The notes: generated by a model from the letters alone, not told the origin. A DNA stretch of 64,000 bases from an uncultured Candidatus Saccharibacteria bacterium (GCA_964490365.1 CAZBAG010000001.1:129512-193511), one strand, 5' to 3'. Counted from the stretch's first letter, positions 18,198 to 27,242 are shown. Made by a program: numbers and translations.

Positions 18198-18473
18198 TTA
18201 TCGGAGGGTCTTCTCTATGAAGGCTTCCACTGCTTTCAGGTGACCGTTTTTGATCGCTTGCTTTGGTGAGCACCCAAAGACAATATGGGGTGCATTAAGC
18301 CATTTCTCGAGCCACTTTTCAGGTTTTTTATCACCACAATACTTTTTTGAAAAAGCAGTGGTCAACTCCCCCGTTAAGAAGTCCTCTGTGCGATGTGGGT
18401 TTTCTTCTCTTCCGCGAATAGGAGTAACGGCTGTTTCAGCTCCGACGGTCATAAGATTCAAGTCGAGGTCCAT
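18198..18473 (-). CDS. Hypothetical protein (91 aa), GC-rich cassette gene
   Basis: The leader is ctaaaaccaaacccATGG. G+C is elevated. It has its own TTGACA promoter and terminator. The family is unrecognised. Confidence 0.5.
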   Translation of the reverse strand: MDLDLNLMTVGAETAVTPIRGREENPHRTEDFLTGELTTAFSKKYCGDKKPEKWLEKWLNAPHIVFGCSPKQAIKNGHLKAVEAFIEKTLR

Positions 18474-18509
18474 GGGTTTGGTTTTAGGTGAAGTACGTTC
18501 TTCAACTAT

Positions 18510-18538
18510 AAAATATCACAAAACTAAAGAAGTGTCAA
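18510..18538 (-). promoter_or_regulatory. Sigma70-like promoter TTGACA-17nt-TATTTT
   Basis: The minus strand reads TTGACActtctttagttttgtgaTATTTT. Confidence 0.45.
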
Positions 18539-18554
18539 CTAATCCTTTCCTTTG

Positions 18555-19951
18555 TTATCGTCGATACGAGGGTTTTCTTTTTGAGGAAAAATTTCTTCTT
18601 GGAGATGAGGTCTTAGTCTCTGGTGATTTGTGTATATCAGATTCATGCACAAACGTAAGCGCTGTTCCCTTGTTTGCTCCACGACCTGTTCGCCCAATGC
18701 GGTGCGTGTAGTCTTCGTTTGTTTGTGGAATCGTATAGTTGATAACGTGTGTTACACCTTTAATATCAAGTCCTCGAGCAGCAACATCAGTCGCAACAAG
18801 TATCGTTACGTGGTTCTTTTCAAACGAATCAATCGCTTTTCTTCGTTGATTTTGTCTCTTATCACCGTGAATAGACTCAACCAAAAAGCCGTCTCGTGAG
18901 AGTTCTTTTGAAAGTTTGTCTACTTGTCTTTTTGTTTCAGTAAACACAAGCACTTTGTCAAAACCATCTTCACTCAAGAGTCGCTTAAGCTCACTTAATT
19001 TGTGTGCTTCGTCAGTAACTTTGACAATGTCTTGATCGATATTACTTACACTACTTCGTGACGCCACTTCAACAGTCACCGGATTGTTAGTGAATTTTTC
19101 AATCAAACTTTTAATATTACTTGGCATGGTCGCTGAGAAGAACAGAGATTGTCGTTCTTGTTTCAGGTTGTTTAATACAAGAGTAATAGGTTCAATAAAG
19201 CCCATATCGAGCATGTGGTCAACTTCATCGAGCACAATATTCCCGATCGTAGCATATCGAATATTTCCTCGATCGCTTAAATCTTTAACGCGACCCGGAG
19301 TTCCGATAATAAAATTTGGTTTTCTATTGAGGTCGTTAATTTGTTTCCAAATTGGCATACCACCAACGCACAGAGCAGAATACATGCCCATACCCATAGA
19401 AAATGCTTTAAATTCTTTATCAATTTGTATTGCCAACTCGCGAGTAGGTGCAAGGATGAGAACGATGTTACTTTTATCAGCAACTACTTTTGTAATGAGT
19501 GGCAGAAGAAAGGCACCCGTCTTTCCTGTTCCCGTGTTTGCAAGCCCAACAACATCTCGTCCTTCTAAAATATACGGAATTGATTGGTCTTGAATATGAG
19601 TTGGTGTAATAAATCCTTTTGCTTTTAGATTTTCTTGTAGTTTATTTGAAAATTTAAAATCTGCGAAGACATGTTTAATCGCTGGAAGCGTAACTTCTGA
19701 GACTTCCGAAGAAGCTTTTCGTACAAATTTTGAAATATCTGCAGTACTTTTTCGTGGGCCTCTCTTATTGTTACCCTTACCACCAAAACGCTTTCGCGGA
19801 GAAAACTTTTTTGAAAAACCACCAGAAGAAGAAAATGTTTTTCGTTCACCTGATTGTCCGTTTCCAGATTTTTGTTTTGAGAAACTTCTTTTTGGACGAG
19901 AAGAGTTTTTGCCTGATGATCGGCTGTGCGTCATATTGTTCATACTATACA
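18555..19951 (-). CDS. DEAD-box ATP-dependent RNA helicase with a basic low-complexity N-terminal extension
   Basis: Motifs Q, I (ANTGTGKTGAF), II (DEVD), III (SAT) and VI (HRIGRTGR) are present. The N-terminal about 100 aa are S/G/K/R-rich. The likely start is MNNMTH or MYSMNN. Confidence 0.8.
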
Positions 19952-20100
19952 TACCGTGGCAGTGCCACTTTAAATTATTAAAATCTCGAATTGCCTCATA
20001 GAACATCGAAATTAATAACTTTTTCGGAAATCTACAGAACAATATTTGATTGTAAGACAATTATACCACGACTTTATTTAAAATGCAAGGCTCAATCTAC

Positions 20101-20388
20101 CTATATAAATATCAGTCTCACTGTAATGGTCTCCCCAGCAAAAATATCTTCTTTTTCACGAACTGCTTTTTTAAGCGCAACCAAGTACGTCTCTTCCCTT
20201 GTATATGGAAAAAGTGATGTTTGCCAAGAGGTTTTTCCAACTTTTGCCAGAACTCTTACAAAACCACCACCATATGTTTTTTGAGTTTTTCGTATTTTTA
20301 CTGCAATATCCTTTGGTAAATACACAAAATGCCAACCCAGATTTCCCGTCCAGATAACAACTTTTGCTGAAAAACTGACTCTTTTCAT
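20101..20388 (-). CDS. DUF1905-family protein
   Basis: The 95-aa beta-rich sequence is typical of DUF1905. Confidence 0.6.
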   Translation of the reverse strand: MKRVSFSAKVVIWTGNLGWHFVYLPKDIAVKIRKTQKTYGGGFVRVLAKVGKTSWQTSLFPYTREETYLVALKKAVREKEDIFAGETITVRLIFI

Positions 20389-20390
20389 TA

Positions 20391-20609
20391 CTAGAGCTTA
20401 CTAATTTCTTTGAGGTCTCCGTCCGGAAGGAAAAGGATAAGAAGTCCGAGTAGGATACCACCAATAGCGGTAAAAGTGTGACTTCCCCCAAACACTGCAA
20501 TGTCGATATAGTCGAGTATGTACCAAACGCCTCGCCACATCAGCACTAACCCGATAACAATTGAAAGATTTTGGGCAATATACCCGATACTTATATTACT
20601 TTTTTTCAT
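20391..20609 (-). CDS. Small membrane protein
   Basis: Two predicted TM helices; 72 aa. Confidence 0.4.
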   Translation of the reverse strand: MKKSNISIGYIAQNLSIVIGLVLMWRGVWYILDYIDIAVFGGSHTFTAIGGILLGLLILFLPDGDLKEISKL

Positions 20610-20687
20610 GTACGAATTATATCATTTTTATTTGTATGATAAAATAAAAAAACGCTTGCGCGTACTTATTAGCTAATATAAAAAAAC

Positions 20688-21353
20688 ATGAAAATAGTAT
20701 TACTACTTATTTTAATTGCTGGCGCCACTTTTCTGTATTTCAAATCAGATAAAAAAACAACAACTCCAGAAACAGCAAATGAATCTACTTCCCCACAAGG
20801 TGAAGAGGTTTCAAAAGATGTTGAAGGAACATTTGTTGTTGATGGTGACACGAGTAGTGCAAAATGGACTGGAAGTAAAAAAATTATTAAGAACTACTAT
20901 GACTCTGGAACTATCGTAATCAAAAGCGGGTCGGCTTCTTTTGATCAAGGAATTGTGACAAAAGGTGAAGTTGTTTTTGATATGAAATCAATTACAGCAA
21001 CGTCAACAGGTAAAGGTGACGGACAAGATAAACTGACTAGTCATTTACAATCAGACGACTTCTTTGCTGTTACAACACACCCTGAAGCAAAATATGTTGT
21101 AACCTCATCAGAAAAAACAAGTTCTGGTATTCTCTTAAAAGGAAACCTAACACTTAAGGGTAAAACTGCTCCGCTTGATATTCCAGCAGTAGTAACCATG
21201 GACAACGGAAATGTTGTAATCATTGGAACTGCAGAGGTGAACCGATCAACATGGGATGTAAAATACGGCTCAGAAACATTCTTCGATAACCTTGGAGACA
21301 ATGTGATTAACGACATGTTTACTCTAGAATTTAAAGTTGTAGCGAGACCATAA
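20688..21353 (+). CDS. YceI-family periplasmic protein
   Basis: A signal peptide followed by a YceI-like beta-barrel pattern (..KWTGSKK..TLKGKTAPLD..). Confidence 0.7.
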   Translation: MKIVLLLILIAGATFLYFKSDKKTTTPETANESTSPQGEEVSKDVEGTFVVDGDTSSAKWTGSKKIIKNYYDSGTIVIKSGSASFDQGIVTKGEVVFDMKSITATSTGKGDGQDKLTSHLQSDDFFAVTTHPEAKYVVTSSEKTSSGILLKGNLTLKGKTAPLDIPAVVTMDNGNVVIIGTAEVNRSTWDVKYGSETFFDNLGDNVINDMFTLEFKVVARP

Positions 21354-21360
21354 GACACAA

Positions 21361-21392
21361 TAAAACACCGTCCTTCCGGACGGTGTTTTATA
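21361..21392 (+). terminator. Hairpin terminator (caccgtccttccggacggtg followed by T-run)
   Basis: A perfect 8-bp stem with a ttcc loop, then ttttatattt. Confidence 0.5.
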
Positions 21393-21396
21393 TTTC

Positions 21397-21990
21397 TTAA
21401 AACTTAGTAGTAAGCCACCCTTTCATTTGCTTCACTTCTTTGTCTTGAGCTTCAAGAATAGCATTACTTATAGTGATAATTTCTTCTCTTTTTGAAAAAC
21501 CAAGTGCTTGCCCAGCCATCATGATCGCACCCATGTGGTGTACGATCATATCTTCCAAAAACACTTTATCTAATTCTTTTCCAGACAGTTTGGTTACATC
21601 TCTCATCATTGGTACATATGATGTATCTGCAACATATGGTGCGTCAAACCAAATCTCGTGCCAGCGTTTCATTTCTTGAATTTCAGTAGTTTGTGAAGAA
21701 ACAATATTTTCTGCAAGAGTCTTTATCTCAGGAAAGCTTCCACCCCGAGCCAAAACCTCCTGTGCGGTATCCACTGCTTCTTGATGATGAGGTATCATAC
21801 CTTGGATAAATTCCTGATCATTTTCTACTTTCATAGATGAGTGACCGCTACTATTCATAATCGTACCGTCTGACATAACGTGCATACCATTTTCCATCAT
21901 TGCTGGATGAGATGTGCTTTTCAGGATAAAAAATAAAGCAAGTCCAAGCAGAATTATTAATGCGACAATTTTTATATTTTTGTATTGCAT
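21397..21990 (-). CDS. DUF305-domain protein
   Basis: Two His-rich motifs (MIPHHQEAV and MIVHHMGAIMMA) typical of DUF305, plus a signal/TM N-terminus. Confidence 0.65.
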   Translation of the reverse strand: MQYKNIKIVALIILLGLALFFILKSTSHPAMMENGMHVMSDGTIMNSSGHSSMKVENDQEFIQGMIPHHQEAVDTAQEVLARGGSFPEIKTLAENIVSSQTTEIQEMKRWHEIWFDAPYVADTSYVPMMRDVTKLSGKELDKVFLEDMIVHHMGAIMMAGQALGFSKREEIITISNAILEAQDKEVKQMKGWLTTKF

Positions 21991-21993
21991 ATA

Positions 21994-22971
21994 TTATATA
22001 AAACCTACGAGTTTTTTTACTTCGAGCATTTTCTGTTGCGCTAAAATTTTAGCTTTTTTCTCCCCTTCTTCTAGAATAGCGTAAACTTTTTCTGGATTTT
22101 TCTGCAGTTCGTCATAACGTTCTTTCATCGGTGCAAAATATGCCAACACCTTTTCAAGCAACATCTTTTTGGCATCTCCATACCCCATACCACCCTCTGA
22201 TAAACCTCTTTCCATTGCTTTTTGCTCATCTTCTGTGGCAACAAGTTTATAGAGCTGATAGATAACAACCTCTTCTGGATTTTTCTTGTCTTCTGGATTT
22301 TTCGAATCGGTTACAATACCCATAACAGCTTTTTTAATCTCATCTTCAGAACCAAACAGCGGTATAACATTTTTATAACTCTTGCTCATTTTTTGTCCGT
22401 CTATTCCTGGTACCACAGCCACTTCTTCACGAATCATTTCTTTTGGCTCCTTAAAGACTTCTCCGAAAGCTTGATTAAATTTACGGGCAAGCTCTCGTGC
22501 CATCTCAACGTGTTGCGCTTGATCTTGTCCCACAGGAACAACATCTGCGTCATACATTAAGATATCTGCCGCCATAAGCACCGGATAATCAAATGTACCG
22601 ACATTTATTTCTTTATCCTTAGCTTCTGCGTCTTTAAAAGCATGAGCACGCATAAGCCATGGCATCGTTACAAGCGTATTGAGAATCCAAGTAAGCTCTG
22701 TATGTTCAGGTAAGGTTGATTGTCTATAGAGTGTCACTTTTTCAGGATCAAGCCCGACGGCAAGATATGCGCAGATTAAGTCAAAAGACAGTTTCTTCAT
22801 TTCTTCCCTGTTTGAGATAGAGTTTAGTGCGTGATAGTCAGCTAAAAACACATGCGAATCAAACTCACCAGAGTTTTGCATTTCTACGAATTGCTTTATC
22901 GCACCAAAATAATTTCCAAGATGGAGATTTCCTGTTGGCTTAATACCAGACACTAATATTTTTTTAGACAT
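21994..22971 (-). CDS. trpS: Tryptophanyl-tRNA synthetase
   Basis: The N-terminal sequence GIKPTGNLHLGNYFGA and the motif KMSKS; 325 aa. Confidence 0.9.
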   Translation of the reverse strand: MSKKILVSGIKPTGNLHLGNYFGAIKQFVEMQNSGEFDSHVFLADYHALNSISNREEMKKLSFDLICAYLAVGLDPEKVTLYRQSTLPEHTELTWILNTLVTMPWLMRAHAFKDAEAKDKEINVGTFDYPVLMAADILMYDADVVPVGQDQAQHVEMARELARKFNQAFGEVFKEPKEMIREEVAVVPGIDGQKMSKSYKNVIPLFGSEDEIKKAVMGIVTDSKNPEDKKNPEEVVIYQLYKLVATEDEQKAMERGLSEGGMGYGDAKKMLLEKVLAYFAPMKERYDELQKNPEKVYAILEEGEKKAKILAQQKMLEVKKLVGFI

Positions 22972-23003
22972 AGCGTTATTGTAACAAAATTCACTTTATA
23001 TAC

Positions 23004-23036
23004 AAAAAGAACCCCGCTCTGGTAAGGAGCGGGGTT
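23004..23036 (-). terminator. Hairpin terminator (aaccccgctc tggtaagg agcggggtt) ending a non-coding minus-strand unit
   Basis: On the minus strand the stem is followed by tctttttgta. It lies just upstream of the trpS start. Confidence 0.55.
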
Positions 23037-23371
23037 CCGGAGCGGGGATCACCTCTGTCACGCCTTCAACTTGGAACCAAGGTAAGGTTTTGGATACATT
23101 TGAATCAGGTTAAACAAAAGTTACCCCTACATTCTGCCCACAAAAAAGACGACCATTTTGCGGGGCAGCCAAAGAACGTCTGATCGTCGAAGAGAATTAT
23201 ACGCTTCTCTTATTAAAAATGAAAGAACCCATCGCCTTGGCGATGGGTTCTCAGTTGGGATTGCAAACCCCAGGAGAACTGCGATTCTCCAAACTGCAGA
23301 AAAATTTTTTGTGCGCGTGAGGTTGAATCTAACAACAGCTGCCGCCCCGTGGCGGGATTCAAAAGAACAGG
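23037..23371 (-). ncRNA. Candidate structured non-coding RNA (about 335 nt) transcribed from the promoter at 23378..23405
   Basis: No ORF of 60 aa or more on the minus strand. It is bracketed by a consensus promoter and a terminator. It contains long perfect hairpins (gaacccatcgcc/ggcgatgggttc, ccgcc ccgt ggcgg). G+C is elevated. Confidence 0.3.
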
Positions 23372-23377
23372 AATTTG

Positions 23378-23405
23378 ACTATATCATATTTAATATATTT
23401 GTCAA
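23378..23405 (-). promoter_or_regulatory. Sigma70-like promoter TTGACA-16nt-TATAGT inside the 23.0-23.7 kb gene-free gap
   Basis: The minus strand reads gacgcTTGACAaatatattaaatatgaTATAGTcaaattcc. Confidence 0.5.
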
Positions 23406-23410
23406 GCGTC

Positions 23411-23445
23411 TATAGAAACAACAAAGGAGCCTCTAAGGCTCCTAG
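23411..23445 (-). terminator. Hairpin (aggagcc ttag aggctcct) plus T-run on the minus strand
   Basis: The minus strand reads ctaggagccttagaggctcctttgttgtttc. It separates two ORF-less units. Confidence 0.4.
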
Positions 23446-23610
23446 GTTAGAAATTATTTCTCAATCTGGAGGGGCGCGAATCTCCGAATATGCCTTGCAA
23501 GAAATGATGGGTTCTCAGCCCTATTTCCTGTTTAGATTGTGAATATAACTCCTGTGAAAGAACTATTACGGCGGTCGTGACTGTGTCATCCGTTTTACTT
23601 TTTGTTTTGG
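23446..23610 (-). ncRNA. Second candidate ORF-less transcript (about 165-190 nt)
   Basis: It lies between a TTGACA box at 23640-23645 (minus strand, with a weak -10) and the hairpin at 23411..23445. No ORF is present. Confidence 0.2.
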
Positions 23611-23644
23611 ATTTACTTTTTAAACTATTTTAAAGAAAATGTCA

Positions 23645-23682
23645 AGAAAAAAGCCAAACTCACCTTGTGAGTTTGGCTTTTT
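23645..23682 (-). terminator. Hairpin terminator downstream of the 23698..24033 gene
   Basis: gccaaactcac cttg tgagtttggc with T and A runs on both sides. Confidence 0.55.
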
Positions 23683-23697
23683 AGTAGGCACGTTGAC

Positions 23698-24033
23698 CTA
23701 CTTCTTCTTCCCGGTCTTCGTCTTGTGAGTATAGACAGATGATCGACCGAGCGCAGTAGTAAGCTGTCCGAATGGAACAATTCGAAGTCTCTTTGTTCCG
23801 AGAAGATTGGTGATGTACCGACGATCACTGCCGTCGGGCTTTGGGGACTCATCCTGATAAGGACTTGCCATGGGACGAACCTTGGCGGTAGCACAGCCAG
23901 AGGTCGCATGGTCCACACGATCATCACACTCGTCTTCGAAAAACTTGAGGATCTCAGGAGATGCCACATCTTCATCGGCACCACCTTCTTGAACAACAAG
24001 AATCTTCTTGTCTACTACTTCTGTCCTAAGCAT
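23698..24033 (-). CDS. Hypothetical acidic protein (111 aa), GC-rich cassette gene
   Basis: The leader is aaaaaaaaccaaaccaaaccATG. G+C is elevated. The family is unrecognised. Confidence 0.5.
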   Translation of the reverse strand: MLRTEVVDKKILVVQEGGADEDVASPEILKFFEDECDDRVDHATSGCATAKVRPMASPYQDESPKPDGSDRRYITNLLGTKRLRIVPFGQLTTALGRSSVYTHKTKTGKKK

Positions 24034-24078
24034 GGTTTGGTTTGGTTTGGTTTTTTTTGGAAGATCAACTCAAGCAAT

Positions 24079-24106
24079 ATTATACTATATTAATTTTATA
24101 TGTCAA
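24079..24106 (-). promoter_or_regulatory. Sigma70 consensus promoter TTGACA-16nt-TATAAT
   Basis: The minus strand reads TTGACAtataaaattaatatagTATAATattgcttg. Confidence 0.6.
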
Positions 24107-24169
24107 ACTCTTTTTCCACTCTATCCACACAGAAACTTCTCACCACATCAATATGCTAAAATCAGACCA

Positions 24170-25573
24170 ATGAGTAATCCACACACCATGCGAATACCTC
24201 CCCACAGTCTTGAATCAGAACGGGCTGTTTTAGGTTCAATCATGCTTCGCCCAGATGCGCTGAACGAAATTATCGACACCATCTTCGCCGATTCTTTTTA
24301 TGCTGAAAAACATCGGATGATTTATAAATCGATGCTCGATTTGTTTAATAAAAATGAACCGATTGATCTTCTTTCAGCTACAACAAAACTTAAAGAAAAA
24401 AACCAACTTGAAGCAATTGGTGGACGTTCGTACATTGTTGAACTCACCACGTCGGTACCAGCCTCAACAAACGTTAAGCACTACGCGCAAATTGTGTTTA
24501 AAAAACACGTCCTAAGAAAACTTATCGAGGCTGGAGAATTTATGGCTGAAACAGCTTTTGCTGAAAGTACCGATGCCGTGGAAGATATTTTAGATAGCGT
24601 CGAGAAAAAAGTATTTGCTGTTACCAACGCTGGTGGTGGTGATAAAAAGTTTGTCAGCATCAAGCAATCACTTCACGAAACATGGGAAGAAATCGAAAAA
24701 CTCCAAGAGGCAAAGGGTGGCATGCGAGGTGTGCCAACAGGTTATCCAGCACTCGATAATATTTTGGCAGGGTTACAAAGGTCAGATCTTATTATTCTTG
24801 CTGCTCGTCCATCAGTCGGTAAAACCACGCTAGCGCTCGATATTGCTCGAAATGCAGCAACTAAACACGCGGCGTCTGTGGCTATTTTCTCACTTGAAAT
24901 GAGCGCTAACCAATTAACACAACGAATGCTTGCCGCTGAATCAAAAGTAAATGCTTGGAAACTTCGAACAGGTAAACTTTCTACCGAACAAGAGTTCTCT
25001 GCTCTTCGAGACTCGTTGAACGAACTTTCTAAAGCAAAGATTTTTATCGACGACCAAGCCGGAAACTCTATTATGAAAATGAAGTCCGTTGCACGCAAAA
25101 TGAAAAGTGAACATGGGCTCGATCTAATTGTTGTCGATTACTTGCAACTTATGATGACCAGTAAAAACCACGACTCAATGGTAAACCAAGTTACCGAAAT
25201 TTCACGATCACTTAAGGGGCTCGCTCGTGAACTTGATGTACCCGTGCTTGCGCTTTCTCAGCTTTCCCGAGCCGTGGAGTCTCGTGGTGGTAAACCTCGC
25301 CTTTCAGACCTTCGAGACTCTGGATCTATCGAGCAGGACGCCGACGTCGTTATGTTTATCCACCGAGAAGACCGGGCTGGTAATACAAGATCAGATACTG
25401 AAAGTACCGGTATGACCGAAGTACTTGTCGAAAAGCACAGAAATGGACCACTTGGAAAAGCCGATCTGTACTTCGACGAAAAGAATTCAACATTTCTTCC
25501 TATTGAAAAACACATGGAAGGATACACTGCGGCCACCGAGTCTGGAGCGACTTCAGCGTTTAACGACTTTTAA
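24170..25573 (+). CDS. dnaB: Replicative DNA helicase
   Basis: The DnaB N-terminal sequence (PHSLESERAVLGSIML) and a RecA-like domain with Walker A (ARPSVGKTT). The true start is taken at MSNPHTM (24170). The tracked ORF starts earlier because it reads in-frame through the upstream promoter region. Confidence 0.85.
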   Translation: MSNPHTMRIPPHSLESERAVLGSIMLRPDALNEIIDTIFADSFYAEKHRMIYKSMLDLFNKNEPIDLLSATTKLKEKNQLEAIGGRSYIVELTTSVPASTNVKHYAQIVFKKHVLRKLIEAGEFMAETAFAESTDAVEDILDSVEKKVFAVTNAGGGDKKFVSIKQSLHETWEEIEKLQEAKGGMRGVPTGYPALDNILAGLQRSDLIILAARPSVGKTTLALDIARNAATKHAASVAIFSLEMSANQLTQRMLAAESKVNAWKLRTGKLSTEQEFSALRDSLNELSKAKIFIDDQAGNSIMKMKSVARKMKSEHGLDLIVVDYLQLMMTSKNHDSMVNQVTEISRSLKGLARELDVPVLALSQLSRAVESRGGKPRLSDLRDSGSIEQDADVVMFIHREDRAGNTRSDTESTGMTEVLVEKHRNGPLGKADLYFDEKNSTFLPIEKHMEGYTAATESGATSAFNDF

Positions 25574-25576
25574 CAC

Positions 25577-26179
25577 ATGACAAATTCTATTGAAAAACTA
25601 GCAGAGCTTTTTGAAAAATTTCCTGGTGTTGGAAAACGACAAGCAAAACGATTTGTGTATTTTTTACTGCGTAAAAATTCTGGATACAGCAAAGATATTG
25701 CCGATGCAATCTTAAACCTTAAGAAAAATATCAGACTCTGTGAAGAAAGTTTCCAGTTTTTCTATTCAGAAACTGGACAGACGCTTTCACCTATCGCTCG
25801 CGACGAACACCGAGACAGTGCAAAACTCATGGTTGTAGAAAAAGATTCTGACCTTGAGAATATCGAACGCATGGGCGTTTACAATGGAAAATATTTTGTA
25901 CTTGGTGGTTCAATACCAGTACTTTCAAAAGAACCCGCACAATATATTCGCGAAGCAGAACTTCAGAAACTTCTTGAAAAGAAAAAAGATATCATTAAGG
26001 AAATCATTTTAGCACTGAGCTTAAACCCACAAGGAGAAAACACGTTGGAATATTTACAAAAACATTTAGAAAAATTTGGTATTAAAATTTCTATTCTCGG
26101 ACGAGGCCTCTCAACAGGTACCGAACTTGAATATTCAGACAAAGATACGTTTCTTTCGGCGTTTGATAACAGGAAATAG
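25577..26179 (+). CDS. recR: Recombination protein RecR (the C4 zinc-finger cysteines are absent)
   Basis: An HhH N-terminus (FPGVGKRQAKRF) and a Toprim domain (MVVEKDSDLENIERMG...YFVLGG). The usual CxxC...CxxC positions are LCEESF...IARDEH. Confidence 0.8.
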   Translation: MTNSIEKLAELFEKFPGVGKRQAKRFVYFLLRKNSGYSKDIADAILNLKKNIRLCEESFQFFYSETGQTLSPIARDEHRDSAKLMVVEKDSDLENIERMGVYNGKYFVLGGSIPVLSKEPAQYIREAELQKLLEKKKDIIKEIILALSLNPQGENTLEYLQKHLEKFGIKISILGRGLSTGTELEYSDKDTFLSAFDNRK

Positions 26180-26180
26180 A

Positions 26181-26210
26181 AAAGAGCTAGCAGTACTGCT
26201 AGCTCTTTTT
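26181..26210. terminator. Hairpin terminator (agagctagcagtactgctagctct followed by ttttt)
   Basis: A perfect 10-bp stem. It serves the end of recR and the convergent end of the 26227 gene. Confidence 0.55.
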
Positions 26211-26226
26211 GCTTGACCACGCGTGG

Positions 26227-26634
26227 TCACAGTTTCGGCATCACCGGCTGGATGTAGGTCCCACCGTACAAGTTCCTGATCTCCAACATGTAGGTGGGGA
26301 CACCGTTCGGAAGCAGGGTAAACTTCACACCCTGTACAGCTTCCCAACCAATAGCTGAATCTGCAGAAGTGATACGCTCAAGGGTATCACGACCCTGAAT
26401 GAAGTACATCGGGAATTGAAGTGTGTCTTCTTTGTTGTACTTCACTGTTACGGTGCAGGTGCCTTTTCCTGTTTCAGGATTACGGCACTCCTCTTCCATA
26501 CCAACGATCTCCACCGACCTGCCGGCCATGTTGTGGAAATTCAACCCGACAGAGTCATTCGTAGCCTGTTGAGCACTCAGCGTGCTTGTGAATCCGAAAA
26601 CCATCGCGAACATGAGAAGGAGCTGTTTCATCAT
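26227..26634 (-). CDS. Small secreted protein (signal ...FTSTLSAQQ), GC-rich cassette gene 1 of 3 in tandem
   Basis: The start is MMKQLLLMFAMVFGFTSTLSAQ. G+C is elevated. It has its own consensus promoter. The mature part is unrecognised. Confidence 0.5.
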   Translation of the reverse strand: MMKQLLLMFAMVFGFTSTLSAQQATNDSVGLNFHNMAGRSVEIVGMEEECRNPETGKGTCTVTVKYNKEDTLQFPMYFIQGRDTLERITSADSAIGWEAVQGVKFTLLPNGVPTYMLEIRNLYGGTYIQPVMPKL

Positions 26635-26674
26635 CTGTTTGTTTGTACCCTGGTAAGAGGGTGGTTCGTTATCT

Positions 26675-26702
26675 ATTATACACAAAATAGCCTTTTTGTC
26701 AA
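26675..26702 (-). promoter_or_regulatory. Sigma70 consensus promoter TTGACA-16nt-TATAAT
   Basis: The minus strand reads TTGACAaaaaggctattttgtgTATAAT. Confidence 0.6.
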
Positions 26703-26718
26703 GTATATAAATCCAAGA

Positions 26719-26747
26719 GGAAACCCCTGCTGTGTGCAGGGGTTTTC
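26719..26747. terminator. Hairpin (aacccctgc tgtgtg caggggtt) plus T-run
   Basis: It separates tandem cassette genes 1 and 2. Confidence 0.5.
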
Positions 26748-26763
26748 TTACGTTATGATGTCC

Positions 26764-27195
26764 TTATTCAGGAACCAAGCCGGATGATTGTTCTTCTGTC
26801 GGCCAGACTTCAAAGGCAGTAACTTGTTGCCCCCCGAAGCATAGCTTCTCATCTTGAACTGAGAACATAGCCGTAGTGGCAAATTCATAGCCACCAAAAA
26901 CCTTGATAAGAAAGATAGGGGTTGTGCGAAAGTTCTCTTCTCCAACAACTCGTGGATAAAGGTAGAACTGTCCAACGACAGACTTATCCACGGCATCACC
27001 AGGAAGGAATAGTCGTGGTTTCCCCTCTTGTGTTGTGGAAACTTCGACACGTGACACATCGAACGAGATACCGCTGTGTTGCTGGTGTACAGGATTCAAC
27101 ACGTAGCCGCCATCACCAGTAGCTTTGGCATACTGAGCATTGGACATTACCGCGCCGATCAAACAGCAAAAAAGAAAGGACAGGAAAAATTTCAT
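26764..27195 (-). CDS. Small secreted protein (signal ...GAVMSNAQ), GC-rich cassette gene 2 of 3
   Basis: The start is MKFFLSFLFCCLIGAVMSNAQ. G+C is elevated. It has its own promoter. Confidence 0.5.
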   Translation of the reverse strand: MKFFLSFLFCCLIGAVMSNAQYAKATGDGGYVLNPVHQQHSGISFDVSRVEVSTTQEGKPRLFLPGDAVDKSVVGQFYLYPRVVGEENFRTTPIFLIKVFGGYEFATTAMFSVQDEKLCFGGQQVTAFEVWPTEEQSSGLVPE

Positions 27196-27213
27196 CTGGT
27201 TTTATTTTTTGCT

Positions 27214-27242
27214 ATAGTATCTAAATTTTCTTATTATGTCAA
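27214..27242 (-). promoter_or_regulatory. Sigma70-like promoter TTGACA-17nt-TACTAT
   Basis: The minus strand reads cTTGACAtaataagaaaatttagaTACTAT. Confidence 0.6.

Noticed and set aside
23037-23371. Assigning the ORF-less unit to tmRNA or RNase P RNA
   Set aside because: I could not find the tmRNA tag-reading frame with ...AA-stop, the tRNA-like T-arm plus CCA, or the RNase P P4 strands (GGAAAGUCC / ACAGAA) by eye. The unit is kept only as an unclassified ncRNA candidate.
23158-23415. Plus-strand 85-aa ORF (MRGSQRTSDRRRELYAS...) in the 23.0-23.7 kb gap
   Set aside because: There is no convincing promoter or start context, and the amino-acid composition is odd. It lies antisense to a region bracketed by a consensus minus-strand promoter and terminator. 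It is more likely a chance ORF over a structured RNA locus.
24008-24169. The 5' extension of the tracked dnaB ORF (MSTTSVLSMVWFGLVFFGRSTQ...)
   Set aside because: The extension reads through the divergent consensus promoter of the 23698..24033 gene and contains no DnaB-like sequence. The DnaB homology starts at MSNPHTM (24170).
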